Positions 54,405-63,553 of a DNA stretch of 64,000 nt are shown piece by piece. The DNA lies in NCBI GenBank assembly GCA_965657825.1, contig CBFHQG010000001.1, positions 15,057 to 79,056 of the forward strand, given 5' to 3'. The translations under genes were made by a program, and so were the position numbers. Every line of letters starts with the position of its first letter. Position 1 is the stretch's first letter. This DNA comes from Actinomycetes bacterium (GTDB lineage Bacteria; Actinomycetota; Actinomycetes; S36-B12). The notes under the pieces are model-generated. The model made no database searches. It was not told where the DNA came from and was given only the letters and a program-made list of their open reading frames with translations.

Positions 54405-55577
54405 CTACTCGGCGAGGCGAACCTCCACGATGACGTCATCGGCTGGTCCCGGTTCACCGCGGCCATCGGTGTTGCTCGTCATCAACCACAGCGTTCCGTC
54501 GCGTTGCGTGGTCACCGTGCGCAAACGTCCCAGGCTGCCGAGATCAAGAGCTAGCGGTTCCCCGGCACGATCGCCCACGATCGGCACCTGCCACAGCACC
54601 TGGCCGCGCAGCGACGCAACGTAGACCGCAGGGGATTCACCACCGACGTAGGCGATTCCGCTGGGGGAGGCCAGCGAGGTGGGGGACCACTGTGCGATCG
54701 GGTCGAGGTACGGCGGCTGATCGGCGGCACCTTCGACGACCGGCCAGCCGTAGTTGCCGCCCGGGATGAGCAGGTTGAGTTCATCGGCGATGCTCGTGCC
54801 GAACTCACTGGCCCAGACCCTTGCGCTTCCATCGTCAGCGAAGGCCAGACCCTGCACGTTGCGATGGCCGAGTGTGTACACCGGTGAGCCGGGGAACGGG
54901 TTGTCCTCCGGCACGCTGCCGTCAGGGGTCACCCGAAGGACCTTGCCGCCCAGGCTGGTCCGATCCTGGGCGAGTTCAGGTTGCCCGGCATCGCCCGTGG
55001 CGATGTACAGCATGCCGTCCGGCCCGAACGCCACGCGACCTCCGTTGTGGATCGAAGCACGGGGGATGCCGTCGATGATGACCTCAGGGTCGCCGAGACC
55101 CCGGGAGCTCCACGGCAGCCGCACGACGCGGTTGTCGACATCTGTTGTGAGATAGGCGTACAGCACCCCCTCGGAGGATGACCCGGTATCGGGCGGCACG
55201 GCCAGTCCCAGCAGCCCGCCCTCACCCTCGGCGCGCACCTCCGGCACTACGCCCAGCGACGTTCGGGATTGGTCGGCCTCCAGGAGCCAGACGGTGCCGG
55301 AATCTCGCTCGCTGATCAGGTGCCGATCACCGCTCACCGACACCAGGCCCCACGGGGAGGTCAGATCGTCGGTGACGGTGCCGCCGATCGAGGCGAGCGC
55401 GGGGGGCGCGGTGGGCGGGACGGGGGTGGGAGCCGATACGGGCGCGCCGGCGCATCCGGCCAGCAGGCCGATGCCCGCCAGGGCCCCGACCAGGCGGGGG
55501 ACGACCAGGCGGGGGACGACCAGGCGGGGGACGACCAGGCGGGGGACGACCAGGCGGGGGACGACACGGATGCTCAC
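54405..55577 (-). CDS. PQQ-dependent (soluble) sugar dehydrogenase-like beta-propeller lipoprotein
   Basis: HNGGRVAFGPDGMLYIATGD...GKVLRV..DGS.P.DNPF...YTLGHRN.QGLAF...NYGWP. The signal peptide has a lipobox, LLAGC. GTG start. Confidence 0.85.
   Translation of the reverse strand: MSIRVVPRLVVPRLVVPRLVVPRLVVPRLVGALAGIGLLAGCAGAPVSAPTPVPPTAPPALASIGGTVTDDLTSPWGLVSVSGDRHLISERDSGTVWLLEADQSRTSLGVVPEVRAEGEGGLLGLAVPPDTGSSSEGVLYAYLTTDVDNRVVRLPWSSRGLGDPEVIIDGIPRASIHNGGRVAFGPDGMLYIATGDAGQPELAQDRTSLGGKVLRVTPDGSVPEDNPFPGSPVYTLGHRNVQGLAFADDGSARVWASEFGTSIADELNLLIPGGNYGWPVVEGAADQPPYLDPIAQWSPTSLASPSGIAYVGGESPAVYVASLRGQVLWQVPIVGDRAGEPLALDLGSLGRLRTVTTQRDGTLWLMTSNTDGRGEPGPADDVIVEVRLAE
55488..55565. repeat. 15-bp tandem repeat x5 (+3 nt), encoding (VVPRL)5 in the lipoprotein signal peptide
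   Basis: Read directly: GACCAGGCGGGGGAC units at 55488, 55503, 55518, 55533 and 55548. Confidence 0.95.
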
Positions 55578-55679
55578 ACCTCCACTGTGCGTTGTCCGAG
55601 CGGCTCACGCGAGTCGAGACTCCGACGAGCACCCTCTGGTCGGGGGTGCGCTGGGCAGAGCGACGGTGAATATGGTGAG

Positions 55680-56573
55680 GTGGCCGGTGTGATCAGCGTG
55701 CCCCGCGACCTGTGCCCGGACCCAGCACCGGAGGGGCTGATCGCCTACGACGATCTGCCCGTCGAGTCGGATCTCGATCGAATCCGCTTCTACGTCCCGC
55801 CTTACATGGGCGGGCCCGAGGGGTTCGCGATCATGTCCCGGATGCCGGCCCTGGAGGTCTGCCAACTGCCGACCGCCGGCTATGAGCATGCCCTGGAGCA
55901 GGTGCCCGACGGTGTGACCCTGTGCAATGCCGGGGGAGTGCATGATGCGAGCACCGCGGAGCTCGCGGTCGGTTTGATCATCGCTCGCCTGCGTCGCATC
56001 GATGACATGGCCAGAGCCATGGCGACGGGCTCGTGGATACACGGCCGATATGAGGCGCTCGCGGACAAGCGGGTCCTCATCGTGGGATTCGGGGGCGTGG
56101 GGCAGGCGATCGCCGCTCGACTGGAACCTTTCGAGGTGGAGATCATTCCCGTTGCCCGCACCGCCCGCGCGGGAGTGAGCGCGATCACTGATCTGGAGTC
56201 GCTTCTGCCCACGGCGGATGTGGTGGTGCTGGCGGTTCCCCTCGACGACACCACACGCCGCATGGTCGATGCCGGGTTCCTCTCCCGGATGCGCGACGGA
56301 TCCCTGCTGGTGAATGTGTCGCGTGGCAGCGTCGTGGACACCGAGGCTCTGCTCGCGGAGATCGCCGGTGGGCGGCTTCAAGTGGTCATGGATGTGACCG
56401 ACCCCGAACCCCTGCCGGCCGATCATCCGCTGTGGCACGCTCCCGGGGTGCTCATCAGTCCGCATGTCGGTGGCAACACCACCGCGTTCGCCCCGAGGAT
56501 GCGCCGACTCATCGGCGCTCAGGTTGCGCGCTGGAGAGCGGGATCCCCTCTGGCCCACGTGATCGACCACTGA
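55680..56573 (+). CDS. D-isomer-specific 2-hydroxyacid dehydrogenase family protein
   Basis: NAD motif VGFGGVGQAIA and the catalytic block NVSRG..VD...L...HVGG. GTG 55680 was chosen. The track ORF start at 55269 reads antisense through the repeat and is rejected. Confidence 0.8.
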   Translation: MAGVISVPRDLCPDPAPEGLIAYDDLPVESDLDRIRFYVPPYMGGPEGFAIMSRMPALEVCQLPTAGYEHALEQVPDGVTLCNAGGVHDASTAELAVGLIIARLRRIDDMARAMATGSWIHGRYEALADKRVLIVGFGGVGQAIAARLEPFEVEIIPVARTARAGVSAITDLESLLPTADVVVLAVPLDDTTRRMVDAGFLSRMRDGSLLVNVSRGSVVDTEALLAEIAGGRLQVVMDVTDPEPLPADHPLWHAPGVLISPHVGGNTTAFAPRMRRLIGAQVARWRAGSPLAHVIDH

Positions 56574-56610
56574 CGGACCGACTCCTCCCTGGCTGCCCTA
56601 GGCTGCTTCT

Positions 56611-58308
56611 ATGGCCGACTCTCCCGACATCAAGCCCCGTAGCCGCGACGTCACCGACGGCCTCGAGCGCGCCGCCGCGCGCGGCATGCTCCGAGCCGTC
56701 GGGATGACCGATGACGACTTCGTCAAGCCGCAGATCGGGATCGCCTCGTCATGGAACGAGATCACCCCCTGCAATATGTCGCTGGACCGCCTCGCGACGG
56801 CGGCCAAGGAGGGTGTGCACGCCGGTGGGGGGTTCCCCATGCAGTTCGGCACCATCTCGGTCTCCGACGGCATCTCGATGGGCCATGAGGGTATGCACTT
56901 CTCGCTGGTCAGCCGCGAGATCATCGCCGACTCCGTCGAGGCCGTCATGCAGGCCGAGCGACTCGACGGCATGGTCACCTTCGCCGGCTGCGATAAGAGC
57001 CTGCCGGGCATGCTGATGGCCGCCGCGCGATTGGACCTCGCCAGTGTCTTCGTGTACGCGGGGTCGATCCTGCCGGGCAACGTCACGCTGTCCGATGGCA
57101 GCAATCGTGATGTCACGATCATCGACGCGTTCGAGGCGGTGGGGGCCTGCGCTCGTGGCTTGATGAGCCGGGAGGATGTCGACCGCATCGAGCGCGCGAT
57201 CTGTCCCGGTGAGGGTGCATGCGGAGGCATGTACACGGCGAACACGATGGCCAGTGCAGCTGAGGCGATGGGGATGTCGCTCCCCGGTTCTGCGGCGCCA
57301 CCGGCCGTCGATCGACGTCGCGACGGCATAGCCCGGCGGTCGGGTGAGGCCGTCGTCGAGTTGATCCGCCAGGGCATCACAACCCGCGACATCATCACCA
57401 AGCAATCCCTGGAGAACGCCATCGCGGTCCTCATGGCCTTCGGTGGGTCGACCAATGCCGTGCTCCACCTGCTCGCGATCGCCCACGAAGCCGATGTCGA
57501 CCTGCACATGGAGGACTTCCATCGCATCGGCTCCAAGGTCCCGCTGCTCGCCGACGTCAAGCCCTTCGGTCGATACGTGATGAGCGATGTCGATCGGGTC
57601 GGTGGGGTGCCGGTGGTCATGCGGGCCCTGCTCGACGCGGGCCTCATGCACGGCGATTGCCTCACCGTGACCGGACGCACGATGGCCGAGAATCTCGCGG
57701 ACATCGCGCCTCCCGATCCCGACGGTGACATCCTGCGCGCCGCCGCAGCCCCGCTGGACACCCACGGCGGCATCACGATCCTGTCGGGATCCCTCGCCCC
57801 GGAGGGTGCGGTCGTCAAGAGCGCAGGCGTGCCGGTGGATTCCTTCGAAGGAGCGGCGCGGGTGTTCGAGCGCGAGCAGGCGGCGATGGCTGCGTTGGAG
57901 GACGGCACCATCAAGGCCGGCGACGTGGTGATCATCCGATACGAAGGGCCCAAGGGCGGTCCGGGCATGCGCGAAATGCTGATGATCACCGGGGCTATCA
58001 AGGGCGCGGGACTGGGCAAGGACGTGTTGCTCATCACCGACGGACGCTTCTCCGGGGGCACGACGGGTCTGTGCGTCGGCCACGTGGCACCCGAGGCGGT
58101 CGACGGGGGCCCGATCGGACTGGTGAAGGACGGTGATCGCATCCGCATCGACATCTCCGAGCGCACCCTCGATGTGCTGGTCGATGAGGCCGAACTAGCC
58201 CGACGTCGTGCGCAGTTCACCCCCCTGCCCCCGCGCTACACCCGGGGAGTCCTGGCGAAATACGCCAAGCTCGTGGGCTCAGCCTCGAAGGGCGCGGTCT
58301 GCGACTAG
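56611..58308 (+). CDS. ilvD: Dihydroxy-acid dehydratase
   Basis: [10 protein letters not shown], the [16 protein letters not shown] Fe-S ligand block, and [10 protein letters not shown]. Confidence 0.96.
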   Translation: MADSPDIKPRSRDVTDGLERAAARGMLRAVGMTDDDFVKPQIGIASSWNEITPCNMSLDRLATAAKEGVHAGGGFPMQFGTISVSDGISMGHEGMHFSLVSREIIADSVEAVMQAERLDGMVTFAGCDKSLPGMLMAAARLDLASVFVYAGSILPGNVTLSDGSNRDVTIIDAFEAVGACARGLMSREDVDRIERAICPGEGACGGMYTANTMASAAEAMGMSLPGSAAPPAVDRRRDGIARRSGEAVVELIRQGITTRDIITKQSLENAIAVLMAFGGSTNAVLHLLAIAHEADVDLHMEDFHRIGSKVPLLADVKPFGRYVMSDVDRVGGVPVVMRALLDAGLMHGDCLTVTGRTMAENLADIAPPDPDGDILRAAAAPLDTHGGITILSGSLAPEGAVVKSAGVPVDSFEGAARVFEREQAAMAALEDGTIKAGDVVIIRYEGPKGGPGMREMLMITGAIKGAGLGKDVLLITDGRFSGGTTGLCVGHVAPEAVDGGPIGLVKDGDRIRIDISERTLDVLVDEAELARRRAQFTPLPPRYTRGVLAKYAKLVGSASKGAVCD

Positions 58309-58328
58309 CGCTGACCGGGCAGGGGGCG

Positions 58329-58443
58329 TATGCTTACCCCCATGCAGCAGATCGTCATCGTAGGCAGGCGCGCGGGTTAACCCCGGCACCTGTCGCGAAG
58401 CGACCCGCGCGCACCCTCCGAGCCCCTAGGGCCGGGGGGTTTC
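58329..58443 (+). promoter_or_regulatory. Candidate ilvBNC leader: Ile/Val-rich leader peptide plus GC-rich pairing segments and a G-run/TTT
   Basis: ATG 58342..TAA 58380 encodes MQQIVIVGRRAG. A TANNNT box (TATGCT, 58329-34) lies 7 nt upstream, which is leaderless geometry. Complementary pairs: GCGCGCGGG (58368-76) with CCCGCGCGC (58405-13), and CCCCGGC (58381-87) with GCCGGGG (58431-37), the latter followed by GGTTT. Confidence 0.45.
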
Positions 58444-58503
58444 GTCGTAAAGGGGCCCATGCGAGACCATGGAACCCGCACAAGAGAGTGGAGTGAGGGA
58501 CTG

Positions 58504-60255
58504 ATGAGCACGAACCCCGAACAGATCACGGGCGCGCAGAGCCTGATCCGGTCGCTGGAGTACGCCGGCGCCGACGTGGTCTTCGGCATTCCCGGCGGGG
58601 CGATCCTCCCGGCCTACGACCCCCTCATGGACTCCACGAAGGTGCGCCACATCCTGGTCCGTCATGAGCAGGCGGCCGGCCATGCGGCAGAGGGTTACGC
58701 TGCGGCGACCGGTCGAGTCGGCGTCTGTATGGCCACCTCGGGGCCGGGTGCGACCAACCTGGTCACCCCCATCGCCGATGCTCATATGGATTCGGTTCCA
58801 CTCGTGGCGATCACCGGTCAGGTGCCCTCCTCGGCCATCGGGACCGATGCCTTCCAAGAGGCCGATATCCGCGGCATCACCATGCCGATCACCAAGCACA
58901 ACTTCCTCGTCACCGACCCTGCGGAGATCCCCCGGGCGATCGCCGAGGCCTTCCACCTCGCCTCGACCGGGCGCCCTGGCCCGGTGCTGGTCGACATCTC
59001 CAAGGACGCCCTGCAGGCCACGACGGGTTTCATGTGGCCTGAGCGTCTCGACCTGCCCGGCTACCACCCGGTGACACGTCCGCACTCCAAGCAGGTGCGC
59101 GAGGCGGCCCGGTTGATGATCGAGTCGCGACGTCCGGTCCTCTACGTCGGTGGTGGAGTCGTCCGGGCCAATGCGAGCCCGGCCCTGATGCGGCTGGCGC
59201 AACTCACCGGTCTGCCTGTCGTCACCACGCTGATGGCACGGGGCGCCTTCCCCGACGGGCACCCCCAGCACCTGGGCATGCCCGGAATGCACGGCACAGT
59301 CTCCGCGGTGGGGGCGCTGCAGAAGTCCGATCTCATCGTGGCGCTCGGTGCCCGGTTCGACGACCGAGTCACCGGTCGCTTGGATACCTTCGCGCCCGAT
59401 GCTCGCGTGATCCACGTCGACATCGATCCGGCGGAGATCTCCAAGAACCGCTTCGCCGACGTGCCGATCGTCGGCGACGTGGGGGAGTTCCTCACCGAGT
59501 TGGTCGAGGTGCTCACCGAGGAGCAGGCTGCTGGTCGCGCGGGTGACTACGAGGCGTGGTGGGACACCCTCAGCCACTGGCGACAGACCTATCCGTTGGG
59601 CTACGACCTCCCCTCGGACGGGACACTCTCGCCTCAGTACGTCATCGAACGACTGGGTGCGATCGCCGGCCCCGATGCGGTCTACGCCGCCGGTGTCGGC
59701 CAGCACCAGATGTGGGCCGCTCAATTCATCAACTACGAGAACCCGCGCACCTGGTTGAACTCCGGTGGTCTGGGCACCATGGGCTACGCGGTGCCCGCGG
59801 CGATGGGTGCGAAGGTCGGACTTCCGGACACCACGGTGTGGGCGGTTGATGGTGACGGGTGCTTCCAGATGACCAATCAGGAACTCGCCACGTGCACGAT
59901 CAACGACATCCCCATCAAGGTGGCCCTGATCAACAACTCCAGCCTGGGGATGGTCCGGCAGTGGCAGACCCTGTTCTACAACGAGCGCTACTCCCAGACC
60001 GACCTGCACTCCCACCGGTTCCCGGATTTCGTGAAGCTGGCCGAGGCATACGGCTGCTACGGCCTGCAGTGCGACAGCCCCGATCAGGTCGACTTGACCA
60101 TCGAGAAGGCGATGAGCCTCGACGATGCCCCCGTGGTCGTGGACTTCGTGGTGCACAAGGATGCGATGGTCTGGCCGATGGTCGCTGCCGGCACCAGCAA
60201 TGACGACATCATGGTCGCCCGCGAAATGGCGCCATCATGGGATCGGGAGGACTGA
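58504..60255 (+). CDS. ilvB: Acetolactate synthase (AHAS) large subunit
   Basis: ATG 58504 follows a GAGTGAGGGA Shine-Dalgarno. The ThDP motif [16 protein letters not shown]...DGDGCF...N is present. Confidence 0.95.
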   Translation: MSTNPEQITGAQSLIRSLEYAGADVVFGIPGGAILPAYDPLMDSTKVRHILVRHEQAAGHAAEGYAAATGRVGVCMATSGPGATNLVTPIADAHMDSVPLVAITGQVPSSAIGTDAFQEADIRGITMPITKHNFLVTDPAEIPRAIAEAFHLASTGRPGPVLVDISKDALQATTGFMWPERLDLPGYHPVTRPHSKQVREAARLMIESRRPVLYVGGGVVRANASPALMRLAQLTGLPVVTTLMARGAFPDGHPQHLGMPGMHGTVSAVGALQKSDLIVALGARFDDRVTGRLDTFAPDARVIHVDIDPAEISKNRFADVPIVGDVGEFLTELVEVLTEEQAAGRAGDYEAWWDTLSHWRQTYPLGYDLPSDGTLSPQYVIERLGAIAGPDAVYAAGVGQHQMWAAQFINYENPRTWLNSGGLGTMGYAVPAAMGAKVGLPDTTVWAVDGDGCFQMTNQELATCTINDIPIKVALINNSSLGMVRQWQTLFYNERYSQTDLHSHRFPDFVKLAEAYGCYGLQCDSPDQVDLTIEKAMSLDDAPVVVDFVVHKDAMVWPMVAAGTSNDDIMVAREMAPSWDRED

Positions 60256-60258
60256 CGC

Positions 60259-60783
60259 ATGAGTCGCCATACCCTGTCGGTCCTCGTCGAGGACAAGCCC
60301 GGTGTGCTCGCTCGAGTGGCGAGCCTGTTCTCGCGCCGTGGCTTCAACATCGAATCCCTCGCTGTAGGACCCACCGAGATGCCCGAGGTCTCGCGCATGA
60401 CCATCGTGGTGTCGGTCGAATCTTTGCCGCTCGAGCAGGTCACCAAGCAGTTGAACAAACTCATCAACGTGCTGAAGATCGTCGAGTTGGAATCCGACTC
60501 CTCGGTGCAGCGGCAGATCATGCTCGTCAAGGTCCGTGCCGACGCATCCACTCGCTCATCGATCCTCGAGACGGTCGGACTCTTCCGCGCGAAGGTCGTC
60601 GATGTGGCACTCGATGCGGTGACCATCGAGGCGACCGGCGATCATGACAAGCTCACCGCGCTGCTGCGAGTCCTCGAGCCTTACGGCATCAAGGAACTCG
60701 TCCAGTCGGGGATGGTGGCCCTGTCACGGGGTGGTCGTGCGATGACCGATCGATCCCTCCGCCCGGTCGATCGCCCCGCCTGA
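60259..60783 (+). CDS. ilvN: Acetolactate synthase small (regulatory) subunit
   Basis: HTLSVLVEDKPGVLARVASLFSRRGFNIESL (ACT domain). Confidence 0.93.
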   Translation: MSRHTLSVLVEDKPGVLARVASLFSRRGFNIESLAVGPTEMPEVSRMTIVVSVESLPLEQVTKQLNKLINVLKIVELESDSSVQRQIMLVKVRADASTRSSILETVGLFRAKVVDVALDAVTIEATGDHDKLTALLRVLEPYGIKELVQSGMVALSRGGRAMTDRSLRPVDRPA

Positions 60784-60837
60784 CCGGTACCCTGCCTGAC
60801 ACGTCAACCCGCTCATCACCGATCCCGGAGGAACCCC

Positions 60838-61866
60838 GTGGCCGAGTTGTTCTACGAAGCCGATGCCGATCTGTCGATCATCGCCAACCGAGTCGTCGCT
60901 GTCCTCGGCTATGGCAGCCAGGGCCACGCGCACGCGCTGAACCTGCGGGATTCGGGAGTGGACGTCCGCGTCGGCCTCGCCGAGGGTTCACGCAGCCGTG
61001 CACGGGCCGAGGAGGAGGGCCTGCGGGTCGTGGATCCGGCGACGGCCGCGGCCGAGGCTGATCTCATCATGATGGCGGTGCCCGATCCGGTGCAGAAGCG
61101 GCTCTACGCCGAAGCAGTAGCGCCCAATCTGCAGGAGGGCGACGCGCTGTTCTTCGCCCACGGTTTCAACATCCGATTCGGGTACGTCACCCCGCCGAGT
61201 TTCGTCGACGTGTGCATGGTCGCCCCCAAGGGTCCCGGTCACCTCGTTCGTCGTGAATATGTGGCCGGGCGCGGGGTACCAGCGATCGTCGCGGTCGAGC
61301 AGGATGCGACCGGAGAAGCGTGGCCGCTGACCCTGTCCTACGCGCGCGGTATCGGCTGTCTGCGCGCCGGGGGCATCAAGACCACATTCACCGAGGAGAC
61401 CGAGACCGATCTTTTCGGCGAGCAGGCAGTGTTGTGCGGGGGTGCCTCGCAGTTGATCATGAAGGGCTTCGAGACTCTCGTCGAGGCTGGGTACCAGCCT
61501 GAGGTCGCCTACTTCGAGTGCCTGCACGAGCTGAAGCTGATCGTGGACCTCATGTACGAGGGCGGCATCGCCAAGCAGCGTTGGAGTGTGTCGGACACCG
61601 CCGAGTACGGCGACTACGTGTCCGGGCCCCGCGTCATCGATGATCGCGTCAAGGAGAACATGAAGGCTGTCCTGGCCGATGTGCAAAGCGGGGCTTTCGC
61701 CGAGCGTTTCATGGCTGATCAGGAAGCCGGCGGGCCGGAATTCGTCGCCATGCGAGCCCAGGCTGAGCAGCATCCGATCGAGAAGGTCGGCCGTGACCTG
61801 CGTGGGCTGATGAGCTGGATCGACTCCGGTGACGATGACTACATCGAGGGAACCGCCGCGCGCTGA
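60838..61866 (+). CDS. ilvC: Ketol-acid reductoisomerase
   Basis: [17 protein letters not shown] and [11 protein letters not shown] motifs. GTG start. Confidence 0.96.
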   Translation: MAELFYEADADLSIIANRVVAVLGYGSQGHAHALNLRDSGVDVRVGLAEGSRSRARAEEEGLRVVDPATAAAEADLIMMAVPDPVQKRLYAEAVAPNLQEGDALFFAHGFNIRFGYVTPPSFVDVCMVAPKGPGHLVRREYVAGRGVPAIVAVEQDATGEAWPLTLSYARGIGCLRAGGIKTTFTEETETDLFGEQAVLCGGASQLIMKGFETLVEAGYQPEVAYFECLHELKLIVDLMYEGGIAKQRWSVSDTAEYGDYVSGPRVIDDRVKENMKAVLADVQSGAFAERFMADQEAGGPEFVAMRAQAEQHPIEKVGRDLRGLMSWIDSGDDDYIEGTAAR

Positions 61867-61876
61867 GGCGGAGGCC

Positions 61877-62260
61877 ATGGCAGCGACCCCGGCCGACAGG
61901 ATCTGCGAGCGCTGCGGGCGCAGGATCGAATGGCGCAAGAAGTGGGCCCGTGACTGGGAGTCGGTGCGCTACTGCTCCACAGGCTGCCGTCGTTCGGGTG
62001 TGACCGATGTCGATCGGGCACTCGAGCAGGCCATCGAAGACCTGCTCGCCGCGCGGGCCCGTGGCGCGACGATCTGCCCGAGTGAGGCTGCACGGCGAGT
62101 GGGTGGGGCAGAGGAGGAATCCTGGCGCCCCCTCATGGAATCGGCCCGATCAGCTGCCCGGCGCCTCGTGGCGAATGAGCGGATCGAGATCGTTCAAGGT
62201 GGTCGGGTGGTCGATCCGTCGACTGCCCGCGGGCCGATCCGATTGCGACTGGCCCGATGA
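61877..62260 (+). CDS. Zinc-ribbon (DUF2256-like) fused to a DUF3253-like domain, function unknown
   Basis: ATG 61877 follows a GAGGCGGAGG Shine-Dalgarno. [32 protein letters not shown] matches my memory of the DUF2256 signature. The tail ICPSEAAR...W..LM...R.AARRL...I.I.Q.G..VDP....GPIRLR matches DUF3253. Confidence 0.7.
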   Translation: MAATPADRICERCGRRIEWRKKWARDWESVRYCSTGCRRSGVTDVDRALEQAIEDLLAARARGATICPSEAARRVGGAEEESWRPLMESARSAARRLVANERIEIVQGGRVVDPSTARGPIRLRLAR

Positions 62261-63489
62261 ACGACCTGCTCCTACCGGTGCCCCTGCCGGGCGGCGAGGT
62301 CGAATGGGTGACCGAGCACCTCGGTGATCTGGTCACCGGGCCGGTGCGCCCGGCGGCGATCCGCGGGGGCCAGCAGGCTGCCGATGCCGCCCTGGCCACC
62401 TTCGATGTGGCCGGTTACTCCCGGCGTCGCAACGAGGTCTGGCCGACCTCCAGACGTGGCGCATCACGACTGTCGGCCTACATCCGCCACGGACTGCTCG
62501 ATCTTCCCCGGGTATGGCAGCACGTCGACGACGGACCGGCCCCGGACGTGGAGTCATTCCGCAGCGAGTTGCTGTGGCAGGAGTACGCCCGTCATCTGTA
62601 TGCCCGCGTCGGCCATGCGACGCGGCGATCCCTTCGATTCGTCGTCAGTGAGCGTGACGACGCTCCCGTCCGTGCGGCGGACCGTCCCTCCATCGAGGGA
62701 ATGGCGTGCATCGACATGTCCCGGGACGAACTCCACCGGACCGGGTGGCTGACGAATCAGCAGCGCATGTGGCTGGCTTCCCAGCACTCGGTGCGCGAGG
62801 GGTGGGGCTGGCGCGATGGCGAGGATGAATTCTTCCGCTGGTTGGTCGATGGATCCCGGGCGGCCAATCGGCTCGGCTGGCAGTGGAGTGTGGGTGCGCT
62901 GACCGGGAAGCAGTACGGATTCTCCCGCTGGCAGGTCGACAAACGCGCCCCCGGCCTCTGCGACTCCTGTGCGCTCCACGATGCCTGTCCCATCGAGGAG
63001 TGGCCTGCGGAGCGTTCGCTGGATCCGCGAGCCCTGGTGGATCCGCTCCTGCGCAAGGACCCGGATCTTGCCGCCACCCGGGGCCCTCGTCACGCCGAGG
63101 TCACCGGTGATCCCGGCCTGGTGTGGATGACCGCCGAGTCCCTCGGCGATGACGATCCCGCCCTCGCCGCATGGCCGGATCTCCCCGTGGCCTTCGTCTT
63201 CGATGTCGCTCTCCTCACCCGGTTGCGTTTAGCGGCGCATCGCCTGGTGTTCCTCACCGAGTGCCTGGCCGACCTGGCAACCCGCCGGCCGGTGCAGGTG
63301 TGGCGGGGCAGGCCGGCAGGTGTGCTGGGTGCGACTGCGCTGGCGACGACCTATGCGCCCGTCCCGGGGTGGCGATCCCGGTCGGGAGGCCTGGATACGG
63401 TCGCCGTGCATCCGTGGCGCTGGTTGGTCGAGCCGCACGCCGGTCCGGTGACGTCCTTCACCGCCTGGCGCCGCCGCGCGGGTGTATGA
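62257..63489 (+). CDS. Cryptochrome/photolyase-family protein, atypical: FAD-binding domain first, alpha/beta-like domain last, with a Cys cluster
   Basis: The ATG overlaps the upstream stop (ATGA at 62257-62260). FAD-domain motifs are [37 protein letters not shown] and [10 protein letters not shown], followed by [12 protein letters not shown]. The C-terminal [27 protein letters not shown]...[12 protein letters not shown] resembles the photolyase N-terminal domain. Confidence 0.7.
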   Translation: MNDLLLPVPLPGGEVEWVTEHLGDLVTGPVRPAAIRGGQQAADAALATFDVAGYSRRRNEVWPTSRRGASRLSAYIRHGLLDLPRVWQHVDDGPAPDVESFRSELLWQEYARHLYARVGHATRRSLRFVVSERDDAPVRAADRPSIEGMACIDMSRDELHRTGWLTNQQRMWLASQHSVREGWGWRDGEDEFFRWLVDGSRAANRLGWQWSVGALTGKQYGFSRWQVDKRAPGLCDSCALHDACPIEEWPAERSLDPRALVDPLLRKDPDLAATRGPRHAEVTGDPGLVWMTAESLGDDDPALAAWPDLPVAFVFDVALLTRLRLAAHRLVFLTECLADLATRRPVQVWRGRPAGVLGATALATTYAPVPGWRSRSGGLDTVAVHPWRWLVEPHAGPVTSFTAWRRRAGV

Positions 63490-63553
63490 GGCGATCTGGC
63501 TAGACTGCGGCGAACCCCGCAGACCGCCAGCGATGACCCCAGTGAGGTGCCCT

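Noticed and set aside
55269-55679. N-terminal extension of the 2-hydroxyacid dehydrogenase ORF, containing (GDDQA)n repeats.
   Set aside because: The repeat peptide is simply the antisense reading of the (VVPRL)5 repeat in the lipoprotein gene. That region is better explained as the 5' end of the minus-strand gene plus the divergent promoter. The dehydrogenase homology only starts near 55680.
56598-58220. 540-aa and 444-aa minus-strand ORFs opposite ilvD.
   Set aside because: They are antisense shadows of ilvD. They are Ser/Pro/Arg/Ala-rich with no domain signatures, and ilvD is clearly the real gene.
58322-58341. GGGGG-N10-CCCCC hairpin just after ilvD, as a possible ilvD terminator.
   Set aside because: The stem is only 5 bp, the loop is 10 nt, and there is no U-tract. 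It also overlaps the putative -10 box of the ilvB leader. It is too weak to call a terminator.
58426-60156. 576-aa minus-strand ORF opposite ilvB.
   Set aside because: It is an antisense shadow of ilvB, with no motifs and typical GC3-driven open frames.
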